NCBI GenBank assembly: GCA_964479055.1
Contig: CAYZKX010000002.1
Coordinates: 1 to 36,582, forward strand
Reading direction: 5' to 3'
Length of the DNA: 36,582 bases
DNA from: an uncultured Flavobacteriaceae bacterium
GTDB lineage: Bacteria; Bacteroidota; Bacteroidia; Flavobacteriales; Flavobacteriaceae
Below the pieces are notes generated by a model. It did no database searches. It had not been told where the DNA came from and saw only the letters and a list, made by a program, of their open reading frames with translations. Below, in pieces: positions 8,107 through 15,303 of the stretch. A program made the translations under genes and the position numbers. The number at the start of each line of letters is the position of its first letter. Position 1 is the first letter of the stretch.

Positions 8107-8119
8107 GTAAATAAAAAGT

Positions 8120-8986
8120 ATGAAACAATCACTCCTTCTTTTGTCCGTAATCCTGTTGAGCTGCAATGCCAATGCACAGGACATTCATCCCCTGGAACCC
8201 ATTAATGCACACTATGTTCAACTTCAAAAATTAGATGTGCAACCCACAGCAGAGCGTGCTCAACTGGATGCCATCACCTTCCCAACTATTGGTCGCACCC
8301 CTGGTAAACAATATGTAGGAATAGAACCTAGTTATCTTACCCAAGTCCAGGTAGACCAGCTTAAGGCCAGCGTGCAATTTCCGGCCAACAGTAGTGTACA
8401 AACCAGGGCTGAATTGGACTACCTTCTTAAAATGCAAGCCGAGCGCACACCAGCTGCTGAAGCACGAGTCCTGAAACTGGCAGGCGTAGGGTATTGGCCG
8501 CCATTGGAAAAGGAGACTGACGACCTTGGGAGTAATGTGGAAGATCTTATTTTTGAATACAATGAGGTGACCGGGAACAAAGAAAGCATTATGGATTATC
8601 CCAACACGCTAAAACTGCTCTCCGGGGTGACCAGAGATATGCGAATTATGGAGTTTACCGTAAAGTATCATTTGTTACGTGCACGCCCATATTTGTTGGA
8701 ACCTAAGCTGGAGCAAATGCAAACCATGGGATCGCCTTCATTTGCCAGCGGACATACGCTATGGGCCTACATCCATGCCTTTGTATGGAGTGAGATTTTA
8801 CCAGATAAACGTGAGGAGTTTTTAGAGATCGCCTTTGAGATAGGCCACTCACGGGAGGTTATGGGTATTCATTATCCCAGTGATGAGGAGGCCGCACGTG
8901 TATTGGCGCATAACATGTTGGTCAACATGAATAAAAATAAACAGTTTAAAAAAGATCTGGCGGCAGCCAAAAAAGAATGGCAATAA
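8120..8986 (+). CDS. Secreted PAP2-superfamily phosphatase (acid phosphatase / haloperoxidase fold)
   Basis: Signal peptide 'LLLLSVILLSCNANAQ'. The complete PAP2 signature KX6RP ('KYHLLRARP'), 'PSFASGHT' and SRX5HX3D ('SREVMGIHYPSD') is present. Confidence 0.85.
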   Translation: MKQSLLLLSVILLSCNANAQDIHPLEPINAHYVQLQKLDVQPTAERAQLDAITFPTIGRTPGKQYVGIEPSYLTQVQVDQLKASVQFPANSSVQTRAELDYLLKMQAERTPAAEARVLKLAGVGYWPPLEKETDDLGSNVEDLIFEYNEVTGNKESIMDYPNTLKLLSGVTRDMRIMEFTVKYHLLRARPYLLEPKLEQMQTMGSPSFASGHTLWAYIHAFVWSEILPDKREEFLEIAFEIGHSREVMGIHYPSDEEAARVLAHNMLVNMNKNKQFKKDLAAAKKEWQ

Positions 8987-9017
8987 AAAAATCCCGACTG
9001 TAGCGACGGGATTTTTT
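8985..9017. terminator. Bidirectional intrinsic terminator between convergent genes
   Basis: The stem 'aaaaaatcccg' / 'cgggatttttt' is flanked by an A-run and a T-run, between the stop at 8986 (+) and the stop at 9041 (-). Confidence 0.7.
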
Positions 9018-9040
9018 AAGTGAACTATATTTATGGCAGT

Positions 9041-9376
9041 TTAGGCCTTACCTAACATCAACAGCTCGTTACAAACCACTTCAGTGATGTAGCGTTTCTC
9101 ACCTTCTTTGGTATCGTAGCTGCGTGTGGTAAGCTTGCCTTCTACGGCAACCTCTTTACCTTTAGTAAGATACTTTTCTACGATCTCGGCCGTTTTCCCC
9201 CAAGCCACGATGTTATGCCATTGGGTATCAGTCACTTTTTCGCCCTGAGCGTTCTTATAACTCTCATTGGTAGCAATGGTAAACTTTGCTAAGGTCTTTC
9301 CTGATTCAAGATTAATGATCTCTGGGTCATTCCCCAAGTTTCCAATCAACTGTACTTTGTTTCTAAGTGTGTTCAT
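9041..9376 (-). CDS. ssb: Single-stranded DNA-binding protein, short OB-fold-only form
   Basis: 'MNTLRNKVQLIGNLGNDPEI...TQWHNIVAWGKTAEIVEKYLTKGKEVAVEGKLTTRSY' is a canonical SSB OB fold. The protein is 111 aa and ends '...LLMLGKA' without an acidic C-terminal tip. Confidence 0.9.
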   Translation of the reverse strand: MNTLRNKVQLIGNLGNDPEIINLESGKTLAKFTIATNESYKNAQGEKVTDTQWHNIVAWGKTAEIVEKYLTKGKEVAVEGKLTTRSYDTKEGEKRYITEVVCNELLMLGKA

Positions 9377-9485
9377 TTTTTTGTGTTTTTAAGATTAAAC
9401 AGTTAATACCATTGAACCACGATGATTCAACGGTACAAAGATGTAACAGTTGGAATCAAACAATCGGTACTTACACATTTAATAG

Positions 9486-9515
9486 CGTTTGTAAACGTTT
9501 GTAGTCGTTTGTAAA
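9486..9515. repeat. Three tandem 10-nt units: CGTTTGTAAA / CGTTTGTAGT / CGTTTGTAAA
   Basis: Read directly from the ssb / metallophosphoesterase intergenic region. A degenerate fourth unit, 'tgattgctat', follows at 9516-9525. Confidence 0.6.
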
Positions 9516-9556
9516 TGATTGCTATTTTATACTTAACAAAACATTGGAAAATTGTT

Positions 9557-9564
9557 TAAATTTG
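9557..9564 (+). promoter_or_regulatory. Candidate -7 box (TAnnTTTG) for the 9611 gene string
   Basis: 'TAAATTTG' matches the consensus exactly and lies 47 nt upstream of ATG 9611. No clear -33 TTTG is present at the expected spacing. Confidence 0.3.
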
Positions 9565-9610
9565 AAGGTATTCCCAATAGATCGGGTTAGTCATAAATAG
9601 AAACATTCTA

Positions 9611-10594
9611 ATGAAATTAAAATCCCTGCTACTCCTTGGTTTTCTGCTTGCTGTAAGTTGTAAACCAGAACCCACGAATGCACCACAGTTTAAGCATGAC
9701 ATTACCCAAGGGCCAACGCCATGGACCAGTAACCAATTTGAAATGGAGGAAAAAGACTTCACCTTTGCCATCATATCCGACCTTAATGGCGGCGAGCGTC
9801 CAGGGGTCTACAGCCAGGCTGTGGAGCATTTAAATAGACTAGACCCGACCTTTGTATTAAGTGTTGGTGATCTTATTGATGGTGGCACTGAGGATTCATT
9901 ACAATTGGCCAAAGAATGGGATTCCTTTGCCAAACGCACAGCCAAACTTAGCATGCCATTTTTCTATCTTGGTGGCAATCACGACCTCACCAATGCACGT
10001 ATGCGGGAATTCTGGAAAAACAGGTTTGGTCCGCGTTATTATCATTTCGTTTATGAAAATGTCTTGTTTCTCATGTTAGATTCTGAAGATTATGAAGCTC
10101 ATCGAATGCAAGAGATCTATTTGGCCAGAGCACATGCCATAAAAGTCATTGATGGTGAGTTGGAAGGGAACTATGAAGATACTGAGTATTATAAAATGCC
10201 GGAACGTAGGTTAGGTGCTTTCAATGATGAACAGTACATATATTTCAAAACGGTACTTGAAAAATATCCCGAGGTGAAATGGACCTTTGTTCTCATGCAT
10301 AAACCTCTTTGGATGCGCGAAGATGATAAAGGTTTGCGCAAGCTAGAAAACCTCTTAACAGATAGACCGTACACAGTTATCAATGGTCATTTTCATTCCT
10401 TTTCACATCGCATCAGGAACAATAGAGATTATATGATCTTAGGGACCACAGGCGGCGGACAAAATGCAACAGACTCCATGTCATTTGATCATATTTCGCT
10501 GGTTAGAATGTCGATTCCGCCGGTGATCACTCATATTCGTATGGACGGCATACTCAATGAAAAAGGGGAGCCTTCTAACTTTGACTTCAATTAG
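9611..10594 (+). CDS. Calcineurin-like metallophosphoesterase, putative lipoprotein
   Basis: Lipobox 'LLAVSC'. Metallophosphoesterase motifs are 'ISDLNGG', 'GDLIDG', 'GGNHD', 'LMHKPLW' and 'NGHFHS'. Confidence 0.85.
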   Translation: MKLKSLLLLGFLLAVSCKPEPTNAPQFKHDITQGPTPWTSNQFEMEEKDFTFAIISDLNGGERPGVYSQAVEHLNRLDPTFVLSVGDLIDGGTEDSLQLAKEWDSFAKRTAKLSMPFFYLGGNHDLTNARMREFWKNRFGPRYYHFVYENVLFLMLDSEDYEAHRMQEIYLARAHAIKVIDGELEGNYEDTEYYKMPERRLGAFNDEQYIYFKTVLEKYPEVKWTFVLMHKPLWMREDDKGLRKLENLLTDRPYTVINGHFHSFSHRIRNNRDYMILGTTGGGQNATDSMSFDHISLVRMSIPPVITHIRMDGILNEKGEPSNFDFN

Positions 10595-10660
10595 CTTCAA
10601 TTTAATTCACTACCTTTAATCCCAATACCGCTCCAATCGTTATTAAACACTTGATAATCT

Positions 10661-11782
10661 ATGGAGCAATCCAAACTATATCTTATTGCACCCAATTACG
10701 CCGAAGCTGGCGCCTTAGAAACTTTGCCACAAACCTCGGGTTTACACATTCTTAAGAACGATAACTTAGTACAAAGTGAATTGCGTTTTAACACTCATGA
10801 TAAGGTATGTATCACCTCCGAGGCATCTATAGAACTCGTGAAAAATAGACTAATCGATTCCAGCAAACAAAAAGCCATTGATACGCTTAAGGACAAATAC
10901 CGCTTTCGCGAGGTGCTTACCAGCATCTATCCCAATTACCAATTCAAAAGTGTAGCCTTGGATGAGATCTCCAAATTGGAAGTGCACTCCAATGCTATTT
11001 TAAAACCAGCCAAAGGCTGCTTTGGAACTGCTGTAAAATTGCTCACACCAGAGACAAATCTTCAAACCATAGTGCAAGAGATCGATGAGGAGCTGCAAAA
11101 AAACGCCAGTGTTTTATCTAGCGAGGTCCTGTCCAGCAACCAGTTTATTTTAGAAGATTATATTGAAGGTGAAGAGTATGCGGTAGACATGTTTTACGAT
11201 GCTAATGGCAAACCCCATATCGTAAATGTGTATCATCACCCCATGCCAAAACATGAAGCCTATTTGCACATGATCTATTACAGTAGCAAAGCTGTGTTTG
11301 AGCGTATCTATGATAAGGCCATGGATTTCTTCACCGCCTTGAATGCCATTTTACAGGTGAAGAACTTTACCATGCATAGCGAGTTTAGGTATGATGGCCA
11401 GCGCTTGATTCCCATAGAGATTAATTGCATGCGCTTTGGTGGAATGGGCCTTGGTAATATGGTGTACCACACTATGGGTGTGAATCCGTACCAGTGCTTC
11501 AATACTGGCAGTTCACCAAATTGGGATCAGCTCTGGAACCATCCTGAACATGCCCAAAACGTCTATGCCTTTTTTATTGCGTATAATGGCACAAATGTAG
11601 ACACCCAAAAGCAGCAACCTGATATTGATAAGCTCAAGGCTCAATTTACCCAGGTGGTTCAGGAAGAACTCTTTGATTACCAAAAACAGCTGGCTTTTGG
11701 CGTGTTTAGCTTAAAAGAAACCACTGATAGTCTACAGCGATTATTACAGATCGATTTTAATGATTATTTTAAACCGATCTAA
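10661..11782 (+). CDS. ATP-grasp fold ligase, substrate unknown
   Basis: 'AILKPAKGCFGTAVKLL', 'FILEDYIEGEEYAVDMFYD' and 'IPIEINCMRFGG' are arranged as in ATP-grasp_4-type carboxylate-amine ligases. Confidence 0.8.
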   Translation: MEQSKLYLIAPNYAEAGALETLPQTSGLHILKNDNLVQSELRFNTHDKVCITSEASIELVKNRLIDSSKQKAIDTLKDKYRFREVLTSIYPNYQFKSVALDEISKLEVHSNAILKPAKGCFGTAVKLLTPETNLQTIVQEIDEELQKNASVLSSEVLSSNQFILEDYIEGEEYAVDMFYDANGKPHIVNVYHHPMPKHEAYLHMIYYSSKAVFERIYDKAMDFFTALNAILQVKNFTMHSEFRYDGQRLIPIEINCMRFGGMGLGNMVYHTMGVNPYQCFNTGSSPNWDQLWNHPEHAQNVYAFFIAYNGTNVDTQKQQPDIDKLKAQFTQVVQEELFDYQKQLAFGVFSLKETTDSLQRLLQIDFNDYFKPI

Positions 11783-12123
11783 TGGCAAAACCAAATACTA
11801 CATACAGCGAGAATCTAAAGGTCTATGATGAGCTGGTGGCGCAATGTTCACGTTTTGAGCGCAAAGGCAAGACCATGCCGTATACGTCGGCCAATGGGCA
11901 TATGTTCTCCTTGTTCAATAAGGCAGGTGAGCTGGGTATTCGTTTTTCAAAAGCCGTACAAAAGCAGTACATGGAAACCTATAACACCACCCTGTTCAAG
12001 TCGTATAATGCTATTATGCACGGTTATATATTGATCACGCCCGAGATGCTAAGCGACCGTGACAACATGATCAAACTGCTCAATGAAAGTTACGATCACG
12101 TAATGAGTCTGGACCCTAAATAA
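11782..12123 (+). CDS. Small soluble protein of unknown function (weakly TfoX_N/YjbR-like by eye)
   Basis: 113-aa ORF whose ATG shares one nucleotide with the ATP-grasp TAA (TAATG). I recognise no diagnostic motif. Confidence 0.6.
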   Translation: MAKPNTTYSENLKVYDELVAQCSRFERKGKTMPYTSANGHMFSLFNKAGELGIRFSKAVQKQYMETYNTTLFKSYNAIMHGYILITPEMLSDRDNMIKLLNESYDHVMSLDPK

Positions 12124-12141
12124 AAAACACAAGCCCAAATC

Positions 12142-12531
12142 ATGAATTCCTTTTACAAAGCACATTTAGTAATATCGGCTATAGTGGTCTTTACAGCCGC
12201 TTTGGTTTATGGTGGAAATCCGTCCTATGCCATGCCACTAATATTTGACTTTGAAGTGAACCAGCTGGAGCACAAGAATATTTTTCGCGCCCTTATGGGC
12301 TTGTACATGGCCTTCGCCATTTATTGGATGGTTGGCACCTTAAATGCCAAACACTTTTTAAGTGCAACACTAAGTAATGTTATTTTTATGGCTGGCCTGG
12401 TTTTTGGTCGATTCATAAGTACCATAGTTGATGGTCCTTCAACACCATATACACTTGGTATGCTACTGGAACTGCTCATGGTATTTTGGGGTATTTATAA
12501 TATTAAAAAGTACAAACAAGATGCCGTATAA
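12142..12531 (+). CDS. Small polytopic membrane protein (about 4 TM helices)
   Basis: 129 aa with four hydrophobic stretches (e.g. 'LVISAIVVFTAALVYGG', 'ALMGLYMAFAIYWMVG', 'VIFMAGLVFGRFI', 'LGMLLELLMVFWGIY'). Confidence 0.65.
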   Translation: MNSFYKAHLVISAIVVFTAALVYGGNPSYAMPLIFDFEVNQLEHKNIFRALMGLYMAFAIYWMVGTLNAKHFLSATLSNVIFMAGLVFGRFISTIVDGPSTPYTLGMLLELLMVFWGIYNIKKYKQDAV

Positions 12532-12862
12532 TGTCTATGTAATTGAGCTTCGTAAAAAAGTATTTACTGAGAACCGTCGTTTTCGTGAGGCTAATCCACA
12601 ATTTAATGGCGTACTCGAATGTTTGTATGTAGGCATGACCAGCAAATCGCCTAAAGAGCGTTTCTTGCAGCACAAAACAGGTCATCGCAGCAAAAAAGGG
12701 TATAAGATCTCGTCCAATATCGTTCAAAAATACGGTTCCTATCTGCGGCCTAGTTTGTACAATCACATCAACCCTTTACCCAACCGAACAGCAGCTTTAA
12801 AAATGGAAGAAACCTTAGCTTTGGAATTACGCCGTAAGGGTTACGCCGTATGGTTCAACTAA
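12521..12862 (+). CDS. Stand-alone GIY-YIG-like domain protein
   Basis: 'NVYVIEL...CLYVGMTSKSPKERFLQHKTG...MEETLALELRRKGYAV' follows the GIY / YxG / R / E spacing of GIY-YIG nucleases. ATG 12521 (11-nt overlap with the upstream stop) is preferred over the in-frame extension to 12428. Confidence 0.7.
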   Translation: MPYNVYVIELRKKVFTENRRFREANPQFNGVLECLYVGMTSKSPKERFLQHKTGHRSKKGYKISSNIVQKYGSYLRPSLYNHINPLPNRTAALKMEETLALELRRKGYAVWFN

Positions 12863-12877
12863 GGGCATAAATATTGC

Positions 12878-12899
12878 CTTTTGTAAACGTTTGTAATCG
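12878..12899. repeat. Second copy of the decamer repeat (CTTTTGTAAA / CGTTTGTAAT / CG)
   Basis: 12880-12899 'tttgtaaacgtttgtaatcg' matches 9488-9507 'tttgtaaacgtttgtagtcg' at 19 of 20 positions. It lies 23 nt upstream of ATG 12922. Confidence 0.6.
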
Positions 12900-12921
12900 A
12901 ATAAGTTGGTATCTTTAAGGG

Positions 12922-13443
12922 ATGGAATATACACTGGATGCCGCTTTAGAGATCTTAGAACGCACACCACAGGTTATACGCAGTTTTTTACAAGGCCTGT
13001 CTGATGACTGGATTTACCATAACGAAGGTCCTGAGACTTGGAGTCCGTTTGATGTAGTGGGGCACTTGATTCATGGTGAAAAGACCGATTGGACCGAGCG
13101 TTTAAAGATCGTTTTAAGTGAGGGTGACTGCAAGGCCTTCGCACCTTTTGATCGTTTTGCGCAGTTTGAAGACTCTAAAGACAAAACACTGAACGATCTA
13201 CTATTAGAATTTGAACAACTGCGAGCTAACAACCTTACTTTTTTAAAGGCGTTAAACCTCTCGGAAGCCGATTACGGCAAAACTGGGGTTCATCCAGCTT
13301 TGGGTGAGGTGACGCTTAAGGAATTATTATCAACTTGGGTGGTGCATGATCTGGGTCATATCGTTCAGATCTCCCGAGTAATGGCAAAACAGTATAAGGA
13401 TGAGGTTGGGCCGTGGCAAGAATATTTGACTGTATTACATTGA
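12922..13443 (+). CDS. DinB/YfiT-like metal-dependent four-helix-bundle protein
   Basis: The layout 'PFDVVGHLIHGEKTDW ... WVVHDLGHIVQI' gives the conserved His triad of the DinB_2 family. Confidence 0.85.
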   Translation: MEYTLDAALEILERTPQVIRSFLQGLSDDWIYHNEGPETWSPFDVVGHLIHGEKTDWTERLKIVLSEGDCKAFAPFDRFAQFEDSKDKTLNDLLLEFEQLRANNLTFLKALNLSEADYGKTGVHPALGEVTLKELLSTWVVHDLGHIVQISRVMAKQYKDEVGPWQEYLTVLH

Positions 13444-13446
13444 ATT

Positions 13447-13965
13447 ATGGGTAGTACGTTACACGAATTTCATACCGACCGATTACATATAAGAGCATTG
13501 ACCAAAGCTGATGCAGTTACATTATTCAACGTACGCAACAATCCAATGGTAAATCTCTATATTGCCAGAACGCCACCAGCTGATGTGCAGGTGGTGGAGC
13601 AGTTTATACAAGATCGAAATACCGATATTACCAAGGGTAAACTGATGTATTGGGCTATTGCCACGAAAACCGATTCCAAGTTGATAGGCACAACTTGCCT
13701 TTGGAATTTTAACACGAGCTTAAACGGTGCTGAGGTAGGTTATGAACTGCATCCTGACTACCATGGTAAGGGGATCATGACCGAAGTGCTGAGTGCCATT
13801 CTTACCTATGGGTTCAATACCCTAAATCTCAATCATATTGAAGCTTTTACCCAAAAAGGGAATACCGCATCCCGAAAATTGTTGGAGCGTTTTGGATTTA
13901 GTGTTGACCCTAACCGCAAAGATGAAAAAGTACCTGAAAATTTAATCTATATAAAATATGCTTAA
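13447..13965 (+). CDS. GNAT N-acetyltransferase (RimJ/RimL-like)
   Basis: 'GAEVGYELHPDYHGKGIMTEVLSAILTYGF...LNHIEAFTQKGNTASRKLLERFGF' is an Acetyltransf_3-type core. Confidence 0.85.
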   Translation: MGSTLHEFHTDRLHIRALTKADAVTLFNVRNNPMVNLYIARTPPADVQVVEQFIQDRNTDITKGKLMYWAIATKTDSKLIGTTCLWNFNTSLNGAEVGYELHPDYHGKGIMTEVLSAILTYGFNTLNLNHIEAFTQKGNTASRKLLERFGFSVDPNRKDEKVPENLIYIKYA

Positions 13966-14755
13966 ACTCATAGGTGTACCATATGATGCCAATTCTTCCT
14001 TTTTACGTGGTCCTGCACTAGCGCCAAATGCCATTCGTTTTATGGATACGCAAGGTGCTGCCAACCGTTTTTGTGAACGGGGACTGGAAATAGTTGAAGG
14101 GGTGAATTACACCGATCTGGGTGATATGGATCTGAAAGATCTATCACCGGAAAAGGCTTACAATGCCATCAAATCACGCATTGAAATCGAGCTGAGTGCT
14201 GGCCAACCTATTCTCAGTCTGGGAGGTGATCACTCGGTGTCATTTCCAATAATCGAAGCCCATGCCCAGGTTTATCCCGGTCTGCATGTTTTGCATTTGG
14301 ATGCGCATACCGATCTCTATGACGATTTTGAAGGGAATCCATATTCCCATGCCTCACCTTTTGCACGCTTAATGGAAACCAGATTGGTGCAATCCTTAAC
14401 CCAAGTTGGCATACGCACCTATACTACACACCAGAGGGAACAGGCCCAACGCTTTAATGTGAAGGTGATCGAGATGAAAGACTTTAACCTGGAGTTTTTA
14501 AACAGCTTGCAAGGTCCGCTTTACATTTCACTCGATATCGATGTGCTCGATCCGTCCTATGCACCAGGAATCTCTCATCACGAACCGGGAGGGATGACTA
14601 CCAGAGAGCTCATTTCAGTATTGCATGGGGTACAGGTAAATATAGTAGGAGCCGATCTCGTTGAGCTGAACCCCAAACGTGATAGCAATCATATTACCGC
14701 CATGGTGGCCTACAAATTATTCAAAGAACTGGTATCTAAAATGGTACAACCATGA
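13958..14755 (+). CDS. Arginase-fold ureohydrolase (agmatinase / guanidino-acid hydrolase-like), short 265-aa form
   Basis: All Mn-binding motifs are present: 'GGDHSVS', 'LDAHTDLYDD', 'SLDIDVLDPSYAPG' and 'EPGG'. The start overlaps the upstream GNAT gene by 8 nt. Confidence 0.85.
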   Translation: MLKLIGVPYDANSSFLRGPALAPNAIRFMDTQGAANRFCERGLEIVEGVNYTDLGDMDLKDLSPEKAYNAIKSRIEIELSAGQPILSLGGDHSVSFPIIEAHAQVYPGLHVLHLDAHTDLYDDFEGNPYSHASPFARLMETRLVQSLTQVGIRTYTTHQREQAQRFNVKVIEMKDFNLEFLNSLQGPLYISLDIDVLDPSYAPGISHHEPGGMTTRELISVLHGVQVNIVGADLVELNPKRDSNHITAMVAYKLFKELVSKMVQP

Positions 14756-15303
14756 AAATATTTGCAGAAACAGAAAGATTGATACTACGCGAAATGTTAC
14801 CAAGTGATGTAGAGCCCATGTTTGAATTGGATAGCGATCCATTGGTGCGAAAATATATTGATAATAAACCTGTTACCACCAAAGAGGAGGTGATAGATAA
14901 TATTGAATTCATCAGACGGCAGTACATTGAACGTGGCATTGGGCGCTGGGTGACTGTAGAGAAGGCATCGGGAGATTTTATTGGATGGTCTGGCTTAAAA
15001 TTTAATACAGGAGAAGAAGAAGTCCTAAACGGAAAACAGGATTTCTATGACATTGGTTACCGATTTATTCCGCGGTATTGGGGAAAAGGCTACGCTACCG
15101 AATCGGCCAAAGTGGCTTTGGACTATGGTTTTAAAGTGATGCATTATGAGGTAATTGATGGCATCGCCTTGATTGAAAATATTGCGTCAAATAAGGTATT
15201 GCAAAAAATAGGATTGAAACATATAGAAGACTTTGCGTATGAGAACACCACAGCGTGTTGGTATGCATTAAAAAAAGAAGAATATGAACAGAGCATGTCT
15301 TGA
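14752..15303 (+). CDS. GNAT N-acetyltransferase (RimJ/RimL-like), second copy
   Basis: 'YDIGYRFIPRYWGKGYATESAKVALDYGF...ALIENIASNKVLQKIGL'. An ATGA start/stop overlap links it to the ureohydrolase gene. Confidence 0.85.
   Translation: MKIFAETERLILREMLPSDVEPMFELDSDPLVRKYIDNKPVTTKEEVIDNIEFIRRQYIERGIGRWVTVEKASGDFIGWSGLKFNTGEEEVLNGKQDFYDIGYRFIPRYWGKGYATESAKVALDYGFKVMHYEVIDGIALIENIASNKVLQKIGLKHIEDFAYENTTACWYALKKEEYEQSMS

Noticed and set aside
8985-9017. Terminators at 8985-9017 and 24258-24288 share the arms 'AAAATCCCGAC' and 'CGGGATTTTTTA'. This raised the possibility of a dispersed repeat element.
   Set aside because: The loops differ, and the shared parts are exactly the A-run + GC-clamp + T-run expected of any strong bidirectional terminator. 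Convergence is the simpler explanation. A genome-wide count would settle it.
9404-9440. An imperfect hairpin, 'ccattgaacca-cga-tgattcaacgg', in the ssb 5' region.
   Set aside because: It has two mismatches (A-C, C-A) in an 11-bp stem and no flanking features, so the evidence for a regulatory structure is insufficient.
10595-11782. A graspetide/microviridin-type RiPP cluster around the ATP-grasp gene.
   Set aside because: No short precursor-like ORF with a Thr/Ser/Lys/Asp/Glu-rich core lies upstream (10595-10660 has no ORF). No second ATP-grasp, a GNAT capping enzyme only 1.7 kb away in a separate sub-cluster (13447), and no ABC exporter lie next to it.
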